Shown piece by piece: positions 61,354 to 64,000 of a stretch of 64,000 nucleotides of DNA (within the stretch, counting starts at the first letter, position 1; every line of letters starts with the position of its first letter). The notes beneath the pieces were generated by a model. The model had not been told where the DNA came from. It ran no database searches and saw only the letters and a program-made list of their open reading frames with translations. The position numbers were made by a program, and so were the translations under genes. The stretch comes from an uncultured Thermoplasmata archaeon (lineage in GTDB: Archaea > Thermoplasmatota > Thermoplasmata > UBA10834), in contig CAVRDX010000003.1 in assembly GCA_963719945.1 (NCBI GenBank), positions 224,001 to 288,000 of the forward strand. The letters are read 5' to 3'.

Positions 61354-62069
61354 CTCTTGGACATGACCACGGTGTACATCGGTCCTTCCTCTGGATAATA
61401 GAACATCTCGTCTATGGTCCATCCTGCACGGGCAGATATGGCTTTCATCTCTGCGGGAGTGGTGAGGAGCAGATCGTACCAAGCCCCCACCGCTTTACCG
61501 TACCTGAACCTTATCCTTACCTGCCCCGGAGGTTTTCCTCTCGCCCTGTTCTCCTCAAGATAGCTCAAATGGTCGGGCAAGGTAGTGTTCACAGGATCGA
61601 TGGATTCGGCTATGATGATTCCATCATCGCTTATGATCCTCCTCAGCCGAACCAACATCGCAGCGACCATATCCGGCGATCCACACAATCCGAAATTATT
61701 GCCTAGTGCTATGGCGGTATCGAAACGGTTGTCCGGGAAATCCAGATCACACGCGGACATCTTGAGCGCGGATTTGACTCCTCTCCCCCTCGCGATGGAG
61801 ATTGCGAGATCGGAGATATCGATACCTACTACATCGAGGCCTTTCTTCTGGAGATGCAAGGTCACCCTGCCGACTCCCATGCCGATATCGAGCACCCTCC
61901 CTTTCGCCTTCTCAAGCGCCTTCTTCTGGCGAGCGGGGAAATCGACGTATGATGTGAAGTACGACTCGAGACTATCGGTATCCACATAGCCATCCTCACG
62001 CTCGATCACCATCGGCTCGCGGTTGCCTGATATGTAACCCTTGTATGCCTCTCCGAACGGGTCCGCCAT
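61350..62069 (-). CDS. Class I SAM-dependent methyltransferase
   Basis: VLDIGMGVGR, VVGIDIS and FDT...LGNNFG. Confidence 0.9.
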   Translation of the reverse strand: MADPFGEAYKGYISGNREPMVIEREDGYVDTDSLESYFTSYVDFPARQKKALEKAKGRVLDIGMGVGRVTLHLQKKGLDVVGIDISDLAISIARGRGVKSALKMSACDLDFPDNRFDTAIALGNNFGLCGSPDMVAAMLVRLRRIISDDGIIIAESIDPVNTTLPDHLSYLEENRARGKPPGQVRIRFRYGKAVGAWYDLLLTTPAEMKAISARAGWTIDEMFYYPEEGPMYTVVMSKS

Positions 62070-62105
62070 GAGGTCGAGCTAAAGCGTTACATGAAATAAA
62101 GATTC

Positions 62106-62843
62106 TTACAGCGAATCGATGATTCCGACGACTTCATCAAGGGACCTGACGAAACCATCTGCGGCTTTCGACGGTTCGGTCTCACGTCCGAGGACATGTA
62201 TCGCATGCATCCCCAATCTCTTCGCTCCAGCGATGTCATGCTCCCCATTGTCTCCTATGTGCACAGTGGCCTTGGGTAGCACCTTGAGCTGTTCGAGGGT
62301 CACTCTGAACGCGGCCTCCGCTGGTTTGCGGACCATGATCTCATTCGAAAAGGTCGTCGCTTCGAAATACTGGAGTATCCTCCAACCCTCCATTAGTTTC
62401 CTGAGGGTTGCGCCAGGAGTCTTCCCAGTATTGGATATGAGTCCGATCCGATACCCCTCTTCATGAACCTTCTGGATAGTCTCTTTTGCTTTTGGCAGAA
62501 GCGCGGGTGGATGCCCCAGTATGCTGTCTGAATATATCCGCAAGATCTCTTCGAACTGATCGGCCGTCAGCTTACTGGGCAATCTGCACTCGACGCAGCT
62601 CAGCAAGAATAGCACATGGTCTCTGACGGGCATGTCCCTTGCCTTTGCCCAAGTCAGTTCGAGGAAAGTTCCCGTCTTCCTGTACGCCTCTTCAATCTCC
62701 TCGATACAGTGCGGTCGCCCAGAATCCTCAAGCGCGTGAGCAATCTCGCCTATCCTTACTTTTGATACTTTGTCCGAGCCGCCAGGAAGTTCTTGGATGA
62801 GCGTATCCCAGAGGTCGAAAGTCACTGCGGTTATCTTCCTCAT
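62106..62843 (-). CDS. HAD superfamily hydrolase
   Basis: FDLWDTL, LISNT, KP and HIGD...DI.GA. Confidence 0.92.
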   Translation of the reverse strand: MRKITAVTFDLWDTLIQELPGGSDKVSKVRIGEIAHALEDSGRPHCIEEIEEAYRKTGTFLELTWAKARDMPVRDHVLFLLSCVECRLPSKLTADQFEEILRIYSDSILGHPPALLPKAKETIQKVHEEGYRIGLISNTGKTPGATLRKLMEGWRILQYFEATTFSNEIMVRKPAEAAFRVTLEQLKVLPKATVHIGDNGEHDIAGAKRLGMHAIHVLGRETEPSKAADGFVRSLDEVVGIIDSL

Positions 62844-62954
62844 GGTCAGGACCAGGCAATAGCCACAACCATAATGAATACATCTTCTTCTATCTCGGAT
62901 CTGGTATAGTCGGCAACGAACGGTTCTGCCAAATTTCAGACAGCTCAGGCAATG

Positions 62955-62962
62955 CTTATATA
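62955..62962 (+). promoter_or_regulatory. TATA box of the 5S rRNA gene
   Basis: CTTATATA lies about 30 nt upstream of the predicted 5S 5' end. Confidence 0.6.
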
Positions 62963-62990
62963 TGACATCGTATTTAGACGGCTACAGAGA

Positions 62991-63211
62991 GGTTTGACGG
63001 CCATAGTGGCGGGGTCACACCTGGTCTCATCCCGAACCCAGAAGTTAAGCCCGCCTACGTTCTCTGTGGTACTGAGGTGCGCGAGCCCTCGGGAAGCCTA
63101 AGGTCCTAGCGGCCTCTCATGCATAGCGGCTAGATGCGCTAGCCCTGTACCTTCGGGTACAGGGTGATCCGCATCGTTTGAACCCGTTATGTGTGTGGAA
63201 CGCTGTCAGCC
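62991..63211 (+). rRNA. rrf: 5S rRNA, stand-alone, with ~97 nt of inserted sequence (total ~220 nt)
   Basis: Canonical 5S core: GGCCATAG, CCCGAACCCAGAAGTTAAGCC, GTACTG..GCGCGAGC..CGGGAAG. The helix I 5' strand GGTTTGACGG finds its partner CTGTCAGCC only at 63203-63211, and the helix V strand CGTTCT pairs with GGAACG at 63197-63202. Confidence 0.92.
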
Positions 63212-63212
63212 A

Positions 63213-63230
63213 CTCTCTTTTTACATTTTA
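63213..63230 (+). terminator. T-rich terminator after the 5S rRNA
   Basis: CTCTCTTTTTACATTTT immediately follows the helix I 3' strand. Confidence 0.6.
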
Positions 63231-63303
63231 TTATATTTCGTGCCACTTGTGACCAAGCTTTTATAAGAATACATATGACTTGTCTTACCGGAGCCGGGTA
63301 CCA

Positions 63304-64000
63304 ATGGACCTTTCGGAAGAAGAGAAGCTGGCATATATTGCGATCCTTGTGGTTCTGATGGTATTCGTTCTCTATTTCGAATTGCATGTGATGAAGAAGA
63401 AATCGAAAGGGGTCCGTTCCATCAGCATAAAGAAAGATGAAGCCTACAACGCCATCCACACTTGTCGTTCAGTCATCGGCGTAGTCGAGAGACAAGGGAC
63501 AGACGTCTCCGAATCACGGTCTTTGGTAGAGAAAGCGCGACGCGAGCTGGATCGGGGTGATTATGATACGGCAATCTCATTATGCGAGAGTGCCAGGGAG
63601 GAACTGGCGAAAGCCAGGACGAAGCGGTCATCCCTCCCAGAAATAGATTACCATCAGACTGAGAAGGAACATTTGGAGGAGGTCGCTGAACGGATAGTCA
63701 AGACCCCTGTCAGAAAGCTATCCGAGCGCGAATACACCGGCACAAAGCTAGAGGTTCAGAGTGGCCCCAGCTATTTGGCCGCGAAATTCGAGATAAATAC
63801 TGCACGCGGCGAAATCAAGAACGCCTCCGAAGCTGGAGACGATGTGTCCGCAGCGTCGAAGTTGCTCTCAGAGTCGATTCGAGAATTCGACTCGGGCAAC
63901 TACACCAAAGCCCTCTCACTCTCGGTTAGAGCTAAGAAGTCACTCTCACCCGAAGCGGACACGATTCCGCTCAAGCACGTCGCATCAGATTCCTCGATGA
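63304..64000 (+). CDS. Partial membrane-anchored helical protein (runs off the window end)
   Basis: Manual translation MDLSEEEKLAYIAILVVLMVFVLYFEL... is open to the window end. It has one TM helix and two 'G.DVS....L...A......G.Y..A' helical units. Confidence 0.8.
   Translation, partial: MDLSEEEKLAYIAILVVLMVFVLYFELHVMKKKSKGVRSISIKKDEAYNAIHTCRSVIGVVERQGTDVSESRSLVEKARRELDRGDYDTAISLCESAREELAKARTKRSSLPEIDYHQTEKEHLEEVAERIVKTPVRKLSEREYTGTKLEVQSGPSYLAAKFEINTARGEIKNASEAGDDVSAASKLLSESIREFDSGNYTKALSLSVRAKKSLSPEADTIPLKHVASDSSM

Noticed and set aside
63097-63200. 5S insert as a bulge-helix-bulge intron or as a separate downstream terminator hairpin
   Set aside because: I could not build a canonical 3-4-3 BHB at the junctions. 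The hairpin lies before the strands needed to close helices V and I, so it is inside the gene.

Overview
Archaeal chromosomal DNA, roughly 54% GC by eye. The gene set (aPelota, ABCE1/RLI, ArcS, IorAB, PyrBI, archaeal MetRS), GGTGA-type Shine-Dalgarno sites and a stand-alone 5S rRNA gene point to an anaerobic, peptide-fermenting member of Thermoplasmatota; this assignment is inferred. The window holds about 55 CDSs: an unusually enlarged Dpp/Opp peptide ABC importer, peptide and amino-acid catabolism genes, a GAF histidine kinase, two large surface proteins, CbiMQO, an Acr3 cluster, a TusA/DsrEFH sulfur-relay cluster with a divergent regulator, a pyrBI-ferredoxin-AOR-like operon, and housekeeping genes. 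I found no tRNA, CRISPR array or mobile element. The most striking observation is the 5S rRNA gene (~62991-63211), which is about 220 nt long because ~97 nt of extra, strongly base-paired sequence capped by a cUUCGg tetraloop sits in the 3' strand of helix V, i.e. a candidate 5S expansion segment. Other highlights: a DppF ATPase whose C-terminal Cys motif is split by a ~285-aa triple-repeat insert, a DppC permease with a ~445-aa extracellular insert, a receptor-like FG-GAP/PKD surface protein with a cytoplasmic longin/roadblock-like tail, a shortened AOR-like protein, an unannotated 31-aa ORF with its own RBS and terminator, and two probable CTG start codons.
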